DNA from: Saprospiraceae bacterium
Lineage (GTDB): Bacteria > Bacteroidota > Bacteroidia > Chitinophagales > Saprospiraceae
Assembly (NCBI GenBank): GCA_013001805.1
Contig: JABDLW010000473.1
Location: 1 to 36,590, forward strand
DNA length: 36,590 nucleotides
Direction: 5' to 3'
Shown here: piece after piece, positions 8,332 through 16,659 of the stretch
Layout of the letters: every line of letters starts with the position of its first letter
How positions within the stretch are numbered: the stretch's first letter is position 1
Translations under genes and position numbers: made by a program
Notes under the pieces: model-generated
Told to the model about the DNA's origin: nothing
Databases searched by the model: none
The model's input: the letters and a program-made list of their open reading frames with translations, nothing else

Positions 8332-10545
8332 TTATAGAAAAGGAGCAATAACCAAGGCCACGACAGACATAAGTTTTAGCAAAATATTCAAAGATGGCCC
8401 CGACGTATCTTTAAAAGGATCTCCCACGGTATCACCGACTACGGTCGCTTTATGGGCATCAGATCCTTTTTCAAATCGATGACCGTCAATTTCAACACCT
8501 TCTTCAAACATCTTCTTGGCATTGTCCCAGGCGCCTCCTGCATTTGATTGGAAGATGGCCATCAAGACACCACATACAGTAACTCCGGCCAACAAGCCCC
8601 CAAGCATTTCGGGTCCCATGCTGCTGCCGAAAATTTTAGGCCCAAAACCAATCAGAACGGGAGAAAGAACCGCAATCATGCCTGGCACCACCATTTCACG
8701 TATAGATGCTTTGGTCGATATTTCTACGCATTTTCCATATTCAGCTTTTCCGTCAGCGGCATCAAAAGTATCCTGATCGGCTTTACTCCAATTCTTAAAA
8801 TCTTTGCCGTCGTTGGTACGCATGACAGCGAGTGCTTTATTTAGTTCAGGGATAGATTTGAATTGTCGTCTGACTTCATTTATCATATCCATGGCCGCTC
8901 TACCCACTGCATTCATGGCAAGAGCTGAAAACAAAAATGGTAGCATACCACCAATAAACAAACCTGCTAATACGATGGGTTTGGAGATGTCAATACCAGG
9001 TATTCCGGTGATAGTCATATAAGCGGCAAACAATGCTAATGCGGTTAGAGCAGCACTTCCAATGGCAAACCCTTTTCCAATTGCTGCAGTCGTGTTACCC
9101 ACTGCGTCCAATTTGTCGGTACGTTGTCGCACTTCCTTGGGCAGGTCACTCATTTCCGCGATTCCTCCGGCGTTGTCAGAAATAGGCCCATAAGCATCAA
9201 CTGCCAGTTGGATGCCCGTATTTGACAACATACCCACGGCTGCTATAGCGATACCATATAACCCCGCAAAATGGTGCGCACCTATGATCGCCGTCGCTAA
9301 GATTAAGATTGGGATAGCTGTAGATTGCATCCCTACTCCAAGTCCGGCAATGATATTGGTGGCTGCTCCAGTCAGGGACTGTTTTACAATTGACAAAACC
9401 GGTTTGGTCCCGGTTCCGGTATAAAATTCGGTTATCATGCCGATTCCGACACCGGCTACCAAGCCAATAATCACTGCCCAAAATACTCCTGTTCTCGATA
9501 TTTCCTTGCCGGCAAAAACCCATCCTTCCGGCAACATCCACTGCACGATAAAATAGGTTGCAACAAGCATCAGACCTGCAGAAATAAACTCTCCGGTATT
9601 CAAGGCTGCCTGCGGATTTCCACCTTCCCTTACACGTACGAAGAAAGTACCGATTATGGATGTGATAATCCCAGTTCCCGCCAATACGAGAGGCAAGATT
9701 ACAGCGGATAGATTGTTAAAACCATCAGACCAATTCTGACCATTTACCATAGCTGCGGTGTCCCCATTGCCATTCATCGCAATAAATGCGGCGCCCAAAA
9801 TCATGGTACCTATGATCGATCCAACATACGATTCAAATAAATCGGCTCCCATTCCGGCCACATCACCCACATTGTCACCAACATTGTCGGCGATAGTTGC
9901 AGGGTTTAAGGGATGGTCTTCCGGAATTCCAGCTTCTACTTTACCGACCAGGTCGGCACCAACATCCGCTGCCTTGGTGTAGATTCCTCCACCTACACGG
10001 GCAAAAAGTGCTATAGAAGAGGCACCAAAGGAAAATCCAGTCAGGACATTAATCACCTTGTTGATATCCCATGCCATATTGTTGTAAATTATGAACAACA
10101 ATCCCAGGCCCAAAACTCCAAGGCCAACCACTCCCAGACCCATCACAGATCCTCCGGCAAAGGCTACTTCCAAGCCCTTACCCAAACTGGTTCGCGCCGC
10201 ATTGGTTGTACGCACGTTCGCTTTGGTGGCTACCCGCATTCCGAGAAAACCCGCCAGTGCAGAACATATGGCTCCGAAGATGAACGACACGGCGATCAAT
10301 GGGTGGGACGCTTCGTCTGAACCACCGCTAATGAATAGTAGAATCGCCACGATACCCACAAAGATTGAGAGAACCTGATACTCGCTTCTCAGGAACGCCA
10401 TGGCACCGTCAGCGATGTTGGCGGCTATGCGTTTCATTCGATCGGTACCGGCGTCCTGCCTCGACACCCAGGCTGATCGCCAAAAAGTGAATAGCAATGC
10501 CACTACCCCAAGTATCGGGATCACGTAAGTGATTGATTGACCCAT
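8332..10545 (-). CDS. hppA: Membrane-integral K+-dependent-type H+/Na+-translocating pyrophosphatase
   Basis: 737 aa and polytopic. It has the signature motifs [20 protein letters not shown] and [20 protein letters not shown]. The [16 protein letters not shown] segment has Ala, not Lys, at the position that distinguishes K+-dependent from K+-independent enzymes. Confidence 0.95.
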   Translation of the reverse strand: MGQSITYVIPILGVVALLFTFWRSAWVSRQDAGTDRMKRIAANIADGAMAFLRSEYQVLSIFVGIVAILLFISGGSDEASHPLIAVSFIFGAICSALAGFLGMRVATKANVRTTNAARTSLGKGLEVAFAGGSVMGLGVVGLGVLGLGLLFIIYNNMAWDINKVINVLTGFSFGASSIALFARVGGGIYTKAADVGADLVGKVEAGIPEDHPLNPATIADNVGDNVGDVAGMGADLFESYVGSIIGTMILGAAFIAMNGNGDTAAMVNGQNWSDGFNNLSAVILPLVLAGTGIITSIIGTFFVRVREGGNPQAALNTGEFISAGLMLVATYFIVQWMLPEGWVFAGKEISRTGVFWAVIIGLVAGVGIGMITEFYTGTGTKPVLSIVKQSLTGAATNIIAGLGVGMQSTAIPILILATAIIGAHHFAGLYGIAIAAVGMLSNTGIQLAVDAYGPISDNAGGIAEMSDLPKEVRQRTDKLDAVGNTTAAIGKGFAIGSAALTALALFAAYMTITGIPGIDISKPIVLAGLFIGGMLPFLFSALAMNAVGRAAMDMINEVRRQFKSIPELNKALAVMRTNDGKDFKNWSKADQDTFDAADGKAEYGKCVEISTKASIREMVVPGMIAVLSPVLIGFGPKIFGSSMGPEMLGGLLAGVTVCGVLMAIFQSNAGGAWDNAKKMFEEGVEIDGHRFEKGSDAHKATVVGDTVGDPFKDTSGPSLNILLKLMSVVALVIAPFL

Positions 10546-10612
10546 AAACTTAATAATTAATACAGTTGAAAAATGAACATCAATTGATGCCCCAAAATTG
10601 AATTTCGGTCGG

Positions 10613-10644
10613 CAAAAGTACAGTTAATTTGCGTTTTGACCAAT
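10613..10644 (-). promoter_or_regulatory. Candidate Bacteroidota-type promoter for hppA
   Basis: The minus strand has TACTTTTG at 10620-10613, an exact match to the TAnnTTTG -7 consensus. A TTG lies 20 nt upstream (10643-10641). The motif sits about 68 nt upstream of the ATG at 10545. Confidence 0.4.
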
Positions 10645-10723
10645 TTTTGGATCAATACAAAATCTGAGGTATCGACGTCAGTCTCAATTCATTTAGAATG
10701 CCGTTTTCCAACCGGTGATTTCC

Positions 10724-11320
10724 TCACTCCATCCATTTTACTTTTTCTTGCCAGGGAGATCGATTTGGTTCTGACTTAGAGGGATGATAAAAACCCAGGT
10801 AAAACAATCCCAGGCATCTCTCATTATCTTTGAGGTTTAGGAAAGCGCCAAGATCGCTGGCTGCTGCGGGACTACTCCAATATCCACCGATTCCTAAAGC
10901 CGATGCGGCCAACCATAAATTTTGCACGGCGCAGGCTGTCGCCGCCAGTTCTTCCCACTCCGGGATCGCATTTTGCTGATCCACATGGAGACAGATAGCA
11001 ATAATAGCCGATGCTTTGAGAGGATTAGCCAGGATCTTCTTCCGTTTTTTTTCCAACTTTTGCCCTGATGGCGTGTGTTGGTCATAATAGGCTAAAAGAC
11101 TGGTGGCGAGTGCTTTTCTACTTTCACCCCGCATGACGACAAAGCGCCAGGGTTGGGTCAGTTTGTGCGTTGGCGCCCAGTTTGCCGCTTCCAGGATTTT
11201 CTCAATGTCCGCTCTGGGTACCATTTCATCAGTAAAGGCGGGAGGGAAAATGGCGCGGCGGTCCTTTAAGTTTGCCAGGATATATTGCCACCCTTCTTTT
11301 CTTCGATCGCTTTTATTCAT
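10724..11320 (-). CDS. Nitroreductase-family NAD(P)H-flavin oxidoreductase
   Basis: 198 aa. RRAIFPPAFTDEMVPRADIEKILEAANWAPTHKLTQPWRFVV is the typical nitroreductase N-terminal RRS/T...AP(S/T)..N.QPW pattern. Confidence 0.85.
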   Translation of the reverse strand: MNKSDRRKEGWQYILANLKDRRAIFPPAFTDEMVPRADIEKILEAANWAPTHKLTQPWRFVVMRGESRKALATSLLAYYDQHTPSGQKLEKKRKKILANPLKASAIIAICLHVDQQNAIPEWEELAATACAVQNLWLAASALGIGGYWSSPAAASDLGAFLNLKDNERCLGLFYLGFYHPSKSEPNRSPWQEKVKWME

Positions 11321-11342
11321 AATTTTAGTTCTTTGTCAAATT

Positions 11343-11364
11343 ATATTTAGACTAGCCTAAATAT
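11343..11364. promoter_or_regulatory. Candidate DtxR/MntR-family operator (imperfect 22-bp palindrome)
   Basis: The sequence is ATATTTAGaCTAGcCTAAATAT. The arms ATATTTAG/CTAAATAT are perfectly complementary around a CTAG core, with one symmetric mismatch pair. It resembles the TTAGGTTAGCCTAACCTAA iron-box class. It lies in the 75-nt divergent region, 32 nt upstream of the regulator ATG. Confidence 0.45.
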
Positions 11365-11395
11365 TTATAACTTACTTTCTAATCCAGGCAAAAAT

Positions 11396-12058
11396 ATGCT
11401 TTCCACTTCAGAAGAGAATTATCTGAAAGCCCTTTATAAGATCGCCCAGGTCAAGGGCAATCCTGTCTCAACTAATGATCTTGCCGATGAACTCTCGACT
11501 TCAGCAGCATCAGTGACCGACATGATTAAAAAACTCTTTGAAAAGAAATTAGTTGACTATCAACGGTATCAAGGAGCTGTTTTAACATCGGAAGGAGGTC
11601 GCCTGGCAACAGAGTTAGTCCGGCGACATCGATTATGGGAATGCTTTCTCGTAGAAAAATTGGGCTATGGGTGGGATGAAGTGCATGATCTGGCAGAACA
11701 GTTAGAACACATAAAGTCGGTAGATCTGGTAGATAGACTAGAGGAATATCTACAGTTTCCGCGATTTGATCCACATGGCGATCCCATTCCTGACCGGCAT
11801 GGGAAATTTACCATTCGGTCACAACAGCTGCTTTGCAATTTGAGTCAGGGTGATCGTGCCGAAGTGGTGGGTGTTGCCCTGCATGATTCACAGTTTTTGC
11901 GCTTTTTGGGCGAGATGCACCTTGAAATAGGTTGTGTATTGGAGGTTCTTGAGGTTTTCGAATATGATTCCTCAATGCGGATCCACATTGTTCCGGATAC
12001 GAAAACGCTAATATCATCGATTTTGAGCAAAAATATCTACGTAAAAAAATATAGTTGA
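11396..12058 (+). CDS. DtxR/MntR/TroR-family metal-dependent transcriptional repressor with a C-terminal FeoA/SH3-like domain
   Basis: The sequence shows EENYLKALYKI, RRHRLWECFLVEKLGYGWDEVHDLAEQLEH and FDPHGDPIP. These cover the winged-helix, dimerisation and metal-site motifs of the family. Confidence 0.9.
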   Translation: MLSTSEENYLKALYKIAQVKGNPVSTNDLADELSTSAASVTDMIKKLFEKKLVDYQRYQGAVLTSEGGRLATELVRRHRLWECFLVEKLGYGWDEVHDLAEQLEHIKSVDLVDRLEEYLQFPRFDPHGDPIPDRHGKFTIRSQQLLCNLSQGDRAEVVGVALHDSQFLRFLGEMHLEIGCVLEVLEVFEYDSSMRIHIVPDTKTLISSILSKNIYVKKYS

Positions 12059-12059
12059 T

Positions 12060-13073
12060 ATGATGTTTAAACTAGCTCGGCACATTCTTTCAGCCTCCAT
12101 CCTGGTCAGCTCCATGCAATCCGCACATGCCCAGGATCAAAGGAGTCTTAGTGTAGTGGCGACTGCTTCCATGATCGCCGATATGGCAAAGAATATTACC
12201 GGTGACTTACTAGATGTGAAAACTGTCGTACCGATCGGCGGTGACCCTCATATATATGAGCCAACACCTGGTGATGCTAAAATGATTGCCGATGCTGATC
12301 TTATCCTGAAAAATGGGTTGACATTTGAAGGCTGGCTAAATGAACTAATAGAATTTTCTGGCACCAAAGCGAATGTCATCACCGTCACTGAAGGGATTGA
12401 ACCTATAGAAAGTCAGTTTTATAAAAATGCCACAGATCCCCATGCCTGGATGGATGTCAGTAAAGGAATGACCTATGTAAGAAACATCAAAACAGCGATC
12501 CAGCAACTGGATCCTGAGCATTCGCCAATATACGAGAGAAATTATGAGATCTACATGCAAAAACTTCAGGAGCTTGATACCTATATCATGAATAGAATTC
12601 AGGAAATTCCGATGGAAAAGAGAGTTTTGATTACCAGCCATGATGCGTTTCAATACTATGGCAAGCGTTATGGTATCCGTTTGGAATCTGTCCTTGGCAC
12701 ATCAACTGATGCCGATGTTCAGACAGCTGACATAATTCGATTAAACAAGGTGATCAAAGAAAGTGGTGTTCCTGCACTATTTATAGAGAGTACGATCAAC
12801 CCTAAAATCCTCGAACAACTTGCTGCTGACAATCATGTATCGATCGGAGGCAAATTGTATGCAGATTCCATCGGCGGGGAAGATAGTCCTGCACCCAGTT
12901 ATTTTGACATGTTGAAGCACAATACCGATGTCATCGTGACCGCTCTGACGGCTCCCATAACCTATCAGGACCATAAAGCCCAAAATAGCGGAAATACGCT
13001 TTACCTTTATGCCTTTCTGGGTATTCTACTTGTGTTATTTCTCATTATTCTGATAGTAAAATTTAGTCGCTGA
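12060..13073 (+). CDS. Metal (Mn/Zn/Fe) ABC transporter substrate-binding protein, TroA/ZnuA cluster-9 family, with an unusual C-terminal TM helix
   Basis: The signal peptide ends in AHAQ. Motifs GGDPHIYEPTP, DPHAWMD, ITSHDAFQYY and LYADSIG give a putative His/His/His/Asp ligand set. There is no His-rich loop. The C-terminus LYLYAFLGILLVLFLIILIVKFSR is a hydrophobic helix. Confidence 0.88.
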   Translation: MMFKLARHILSASILVSSMQSAHAQDQRSLSVVATASMIADMAKNITGDLLDVKTVVPIGGDPHIYEPTPGDAKMIADADLILKNGLTFEGWLNELIEFSGTKANVITVTEGIEPIESQFYKNATDPHAWMDVSKGMTYVRNIKTAIQQLDPEHSPIYERNYEIYMQKLQELDTYIMNRIQEIPMEKRVLITSHDAFQYYGKRYGIRLESVLGTSTDADVQTADIIRLNKVIKESGVPALFIESTINPKILEQLAADNHVSIGGKLYADSIGGEDSPAPSYFDMLKHNTDVIVTALTAPITYQDHKAQNSGNTLYLYAFLGILLVLFLIILIVKFSR

Positions 13074-13075
13074 AT

Positions 13076-13825
13076 ATGGAATACAATGCAATTATCTCGA
13101 TTAAGGATTTATCGGTTTCCTACGAACGAAAGCGGGTGTTAACTAATATTTTTCTCGAAATTGAGGGCGGCCATATCTATGGAGTCATTGGACCTAATGG
13201 TGCCGGAAAATCAACCTTATTTAAAGCTATTCTGGGACTCATTGAAGTCAATACAGGTTCAGTACTAATCAAAGGTCATCCCATCGAAGAAAAGAGGAAA
13301 GACGTGGTATATGTTCCTCAAAAAGATGAGGTGGATTGGAATTTTCCAGCCACGGTAATGGATGTTGTCTTGCAGGGTCGTTATCCACATAAGAAAATTT
13401 ACCAGCGTCTTTCAAAACATGATCACAAAATAGCCGAACAAGCTGTACATGATTTAGGAATTTCACCTTTAAAAACGAGGCAAATTGGTGAATTGTCCGG
13501 GGGCCAACAGCAACGTGTTTTTTTGGCTCGGGCTCTTTGTCAACAAGCAGATATCATACTGTTGGATGAGCCCTTTGTCGGAGTTGATATTACTACGGAA
13601 GACCGGATAATCAAGATATTACAGAATCTGGCATTAAAGGGAAAAACTATTTTAGTGATCCATCATGATTTATCTACCGTGGCTTCCTACTTTGACCAGG
13701 TGATTCTAATCAATCAACGTCTGATCGCCTTTGGTGATACGGAAAGCACTTTTACTTCAGAAAATATCAACACGGCATACCGGGCACAACTACCCATACT
13801 GCATAAAACCGGCTTAATTGGTTGA
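13076..13825 (+). CDS. Metal ABC transporter ATP-binding protein (ZnuC/MntB/TroB-like)
   Basis: It has Walker A GPNGAGKST, the signature LSGGQQQRV, Walker B ILLDEP and the H-loop VIHHD. It starts 2 nt after the binding-protein stop. Confidence 0.92.
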   Translation: MEYNAIISIKDLSVSYERKRVLTNIFLEIEGGHIYGVIGPNGAGKSTLFKAILGLIEVNTGSVLIKGHPIEEKRKDVVYVPQKDEVDWNFPATVMDVVLQGRYPHKKIYQRLSKHDHKIAEQAVHDLGISPLKTRQIGELSGGQQQRVFLARALCQQADIILLDEPFVGVDITTEDRIIKILQNLALKGKTILVIHHDLSTVASYFDQVILINQRLIAFGDTESTFTSENINTAYRAQLPILHKTGLIG

Positions 13826-15130
13826 AGTTCCAAAATGAAGGCTTAAACCCAGGTTCATTTGGTAGTTTTTCGAGCTAAGAGGATTAATTCCATTACTCAC
13901 GTTGTCGATCGTGAGAAAGCCTCTCCAACGCCTGAATGATAAAACCGTATGCAGGCCGGCATTAAGTCGCCCAAATCGATACCCAAACGCAGCACCCAGT
14001 GTCCACCACTTTTGAACCTGGGCTGAGGTGACCAATGCGATCGCAACCGGATACGGTGAGGATTTGATATATTGTCCGGTTAATGCCAGATTCCAGGCAT
14101 CATCTTTTGCATACCCCACCATCATGAACCATCGTGTAGGCAGTGATAAGGAAACTTCCGAAGAGCTCTCACTAACATCAAAAATACTTCGAAGGGAATC
14201 AAGTGCTCCATTGATGTCCAATTGATCAATCATAAAAATATCTTCAACGGTTGCACCATCATACTCAATGATACGATTACTCACGTATGATTTGATTCCA
14301 TCCTTCCATTTTATTGTGCCGATGTCAATTCCGGAAATGGCAAAATTTAGGCGATCACTGAGCCGGACATCAAGTCCAAGGTCAAGGGCACCACCCGGAT
14401 TTTTTGTAAATGGCCTCCATTGGTTTAGTTGACCGACCTGGTAGTTAAGAAGATTGCCATCGGCAAAAGACAAGATCCCCACATTATCAAACTGAAAATC
14501 GGTATCTAGAGTTAATTGATAAATATCATCGGATGTTGTCAAACTTGCCGATGATCGTGGAGTGTTTCCGTAATAATTGCCCATGAGTAATTTCGGCCGA
14601 ATCCCAATTGACAGTCCACGCAATTGGTAGGATAAAGTCAAGGCATAACTATTGTAGGAGTAAATTGTGGCTCGTGGGCCAATCATCACCGTTTGTCCGA
14701 TAAATTGCTGATTGCCATCTTTATAAAGTAAAATTAAATCATCCGGATAAGTCACATTGCTATTAAAATTGATGCTTTGTTCAAACCCGATACTCCAGAA
14801 AGGTCGATTGAGTTTTATTTTAAAAGTCTGAAACCTGAATTCACTGGTTAAATAGTTGTCGCCAGACAATTCATTTGCCAGATTACTAATATCAAGTGAG
14901 GATCCCTGGGTTGTATTATTTACAAGATCTTCCAATGCCGGTCCGGTATGAAAAAAATTGTAGGCGCCAGACGGAAGGCCAAAATGCAGACCCTGTTCCC
15001 GGAAAAGCGCAGGATTATACGCATCTGATTGCATTACGGATTTTAGGGCAATCAAGTTCATTTCCGATTGTCCGCACAGTGAACTCAAACATCCCAGAAG
15101 TAAGGACGCAAATAGTGTAAGTCTTTTCAT
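13814..15130 (-). CDS. Uncharacterised outer-membrane beta-barrel-like protein
   Basis: 438 aa. The signal peptide is MKRLTLFASLLLGCLSSLCGQ. Alternating hydrophobic/polar strands run throughout, and the aromatic-rich C-terminal strand is NLGLSLHF. Its ATG overlaps the stop of the upstream gene (ATGA). YNPALF near the N-terminus faintly recalls PorP/SprF-type barrels, but that is not established. Confidence 0.7.
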   Translation of the reverse strand: MKRLTLFASLLLGCLSSLCGQSEMNLIALKSVMQSDAYNPALFREQGLHFGLPSGAYNFFHTGPALEDLVNNTTQGSSLDISNLANELSGDNYLTSEFRFQTFKIKLNRPFWSIGFEQSINFNSNVTYPDDLILLYKDGNQQFIGQTVMIGPRATIYSYNSYALTLSYQLRGLSIGIRPKLLMGNYYGNTPRSSASLTTSDDIYQLTLDTDFQFDNVGILSFADGNLLNYQVGQLNQWRPFTKNPGGALDLGLDVRLSDRLNFAISGIDIGTIKWKDGIKSYVSNRIIEYDGATVEDIFMIDQLDINGALDSLRSIFDVSESSSEVSLSLPTRWFMMVGYAKDDAWNLALTGQYIKSSPYPVAIALVTSAQVQKWWTLGAAFGYRFGRLNAGLHTVLSFRRWRGFLTIDNVSNGINPLSSKNYQMNLGLSLHFGTSTN

Positions 15131-16659
15131 TTGAAATTTGCTTCAGCACCAACTCTGACTTTCATCACTTGTCCGGGTTGAATTATGGCCGGGAGGTTCC
15201 CTTGTTCCGGAGATTGCATCTTTAATTCAACCGTCAGCAGATTCATTAGTCCCACTTGTTCCAATTGCTGCTCATTTAGTTCGAAGTATAAAGTATTCTG
15301 ACTGACTTCCACGACCTTGCCAGACATATCTGTTGGTGCCGGAACAATGCTGGACATTGCCTGGCTAGTCAGTCTGAGACTGTTTCCAGAAACAGAATCT
15401 TCCAGCAGAAGGCTCGGCTCGAAAGAAAAAGGAATACCATTTTCCACTACGAGTTTCAGGCGGAGATAAGATAATGTGTCCAGTCCTATTGGATCAATAT
15501 TCACCGATTTCTGGACCGTGACATTCTCCACTGTCGCATTAAAGCTCATCTCAACCTCAGCGTTAACCACTGCCCGGCTACTGTCCAGGACAAAAAAAAG
15601 AGCGTCCTTGAGGTTGTCGGGATTAATGATGACATCCAGGTCATATTCGATTGATGTAATATCATCTCGTGCCACAGCCAGTACATTCGAATTGTTTTTA
15701 TCAAAGGTGATCTGATCGGAAATGATCAGTCCTTGTTGGTCAAACTGAGGGAACTGCAGGTTTATAATCCCAGAAAACAAACTACTCTCCAATCTTTTTC
15801 TTTCCAAGTTAGCCCCGATAATAAAAACTTCTTTGACTCTGATGCCAATTGGTATACCAAAACTATTAGCGATCTTGAAATGAATCTTGGGATTTTCAAA
15901 CTGGTAGTTTCCGGCTATCAATGTATCCTGGATGTCGATGTCGATAGTCTGAACACCCAGAGGTATCTCCGAAGTAGCGATATTGCCTTCCAGATAAGAG
16001 AAATCGAAAGCCGTGATCTGGGCAAAGGAAATGGGAAGGACGATGCGGTCGCCACTCTCATTTCGCGCATCATACTGCAGAGTCAGAAATTGCCTGGAAA
16101 AATCCACTTCAAAGCCATCTAAATCTATAGGTTCGGTAGTGATTGCACTGGGTGCTTCACCATCAAACGGAATGGAAAATGTTGTGTTGAAAACTTCACC
16201 ATTTTTAGTCAATTCATCGATTTTCATTGTTACCGTTACTTCATCCGATTCATTTGAATTTAATGCGAAAATGAGCTGATCACCTTTAAGGATACCTTTG
16301 CTTAGACTGGTCTCTTCGAGGATGGGTACCGGCAATGATACCACCGAATCCAGAATAGGAATAGGCAGACCAAAGGTAGTCTTGGGGAAAAGGTCCTGCT
16401 TATTTTGTACAAATGGATCGGATTGAAAAAAGGCAGTGTAAATATTGTCTTCATTTAGGCGAACATCCGCAGTTTTTTGCAACTCCTCTATGAAATCATC
16501 AGATGAAACCTCCACTGTAGCTAGCGGAAACGCGAGGAACGGATTGCTCTCTTCCAGGGTTAAATCGGAAATCTCATCCAACCTCAGACACGATAATCCG
16601 CTGATTGTCACGGCAATAAGGATCAGAACCAGGGAGATAAATCGTACAGAAAAATTCAA
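15127..16659 (-). CDS. Uncharacterised exported protein, probably a lipoprotein
   Basis: 510 aa. The N-terminus MNFSVRFISLVLILIAVTISGLSC resembles a lipoprotein signal with a Cys. The rest is acidic and beta-rich, and I recognise no motifs. The only possible start is TTG at 16659, immediately after the TAA of the upstream gene. Confidence 0.7.
   Translation of the reverse strand: MNFSVRFISLVLILIAVTISGLSCLRLDEISDLTLEESNPFLAFPLATVEVSSDDFIEELQKTADVRLNEDNIYTAFFQSDPFVQNKQDLFPKTTFGLPIPILDSVVSLPVPILEETSLSKGILKGDQLIFALNSNESDEVTVTMKIDELTKNGEVFNTTFSIPFDGEAPSAITTEPIDLDGFEVDFSRQFLTLQYDARNESGDRIVLPISFAQITAFDFSYLEGNIATSEIPLGVQTIDIDIQDTLIAGNYQFENPKIHFKIANSFGIPIGIRVKEVFIIGANLERKRLESSLFSGIINLQFPQFDQQGLIISDQITFDKNNSNVLAVARDDITSIEYDLDVIINPDNLKDALFFVLDSSRAVVNAEVEMSFNATVENVTVQKSVNIDPIGLDTLSYLRLKLVVENGIPFSFEPSLLLEDSVSGNSLRLTSQAMSSIVPAPTDMSGKVVEVSQNTLYFELNEQQLEQVGLMNLLTVELKMQSPEQGNLPAIIQPGQVMKVRVGAEANFK

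Noticed and set aside
8264-10378. About ten + strand ORFs (70-135 aa) and one minus-strand out-of-frame ORF overlapping hppA
   Set aside because: hppA is unambiguous across the whole interval. The overlapping ORFs are Pro/Ala/Thr/Ser-rich translations typical of antisense frames of a Gly/Ala/Val-rich membrane protein gene.
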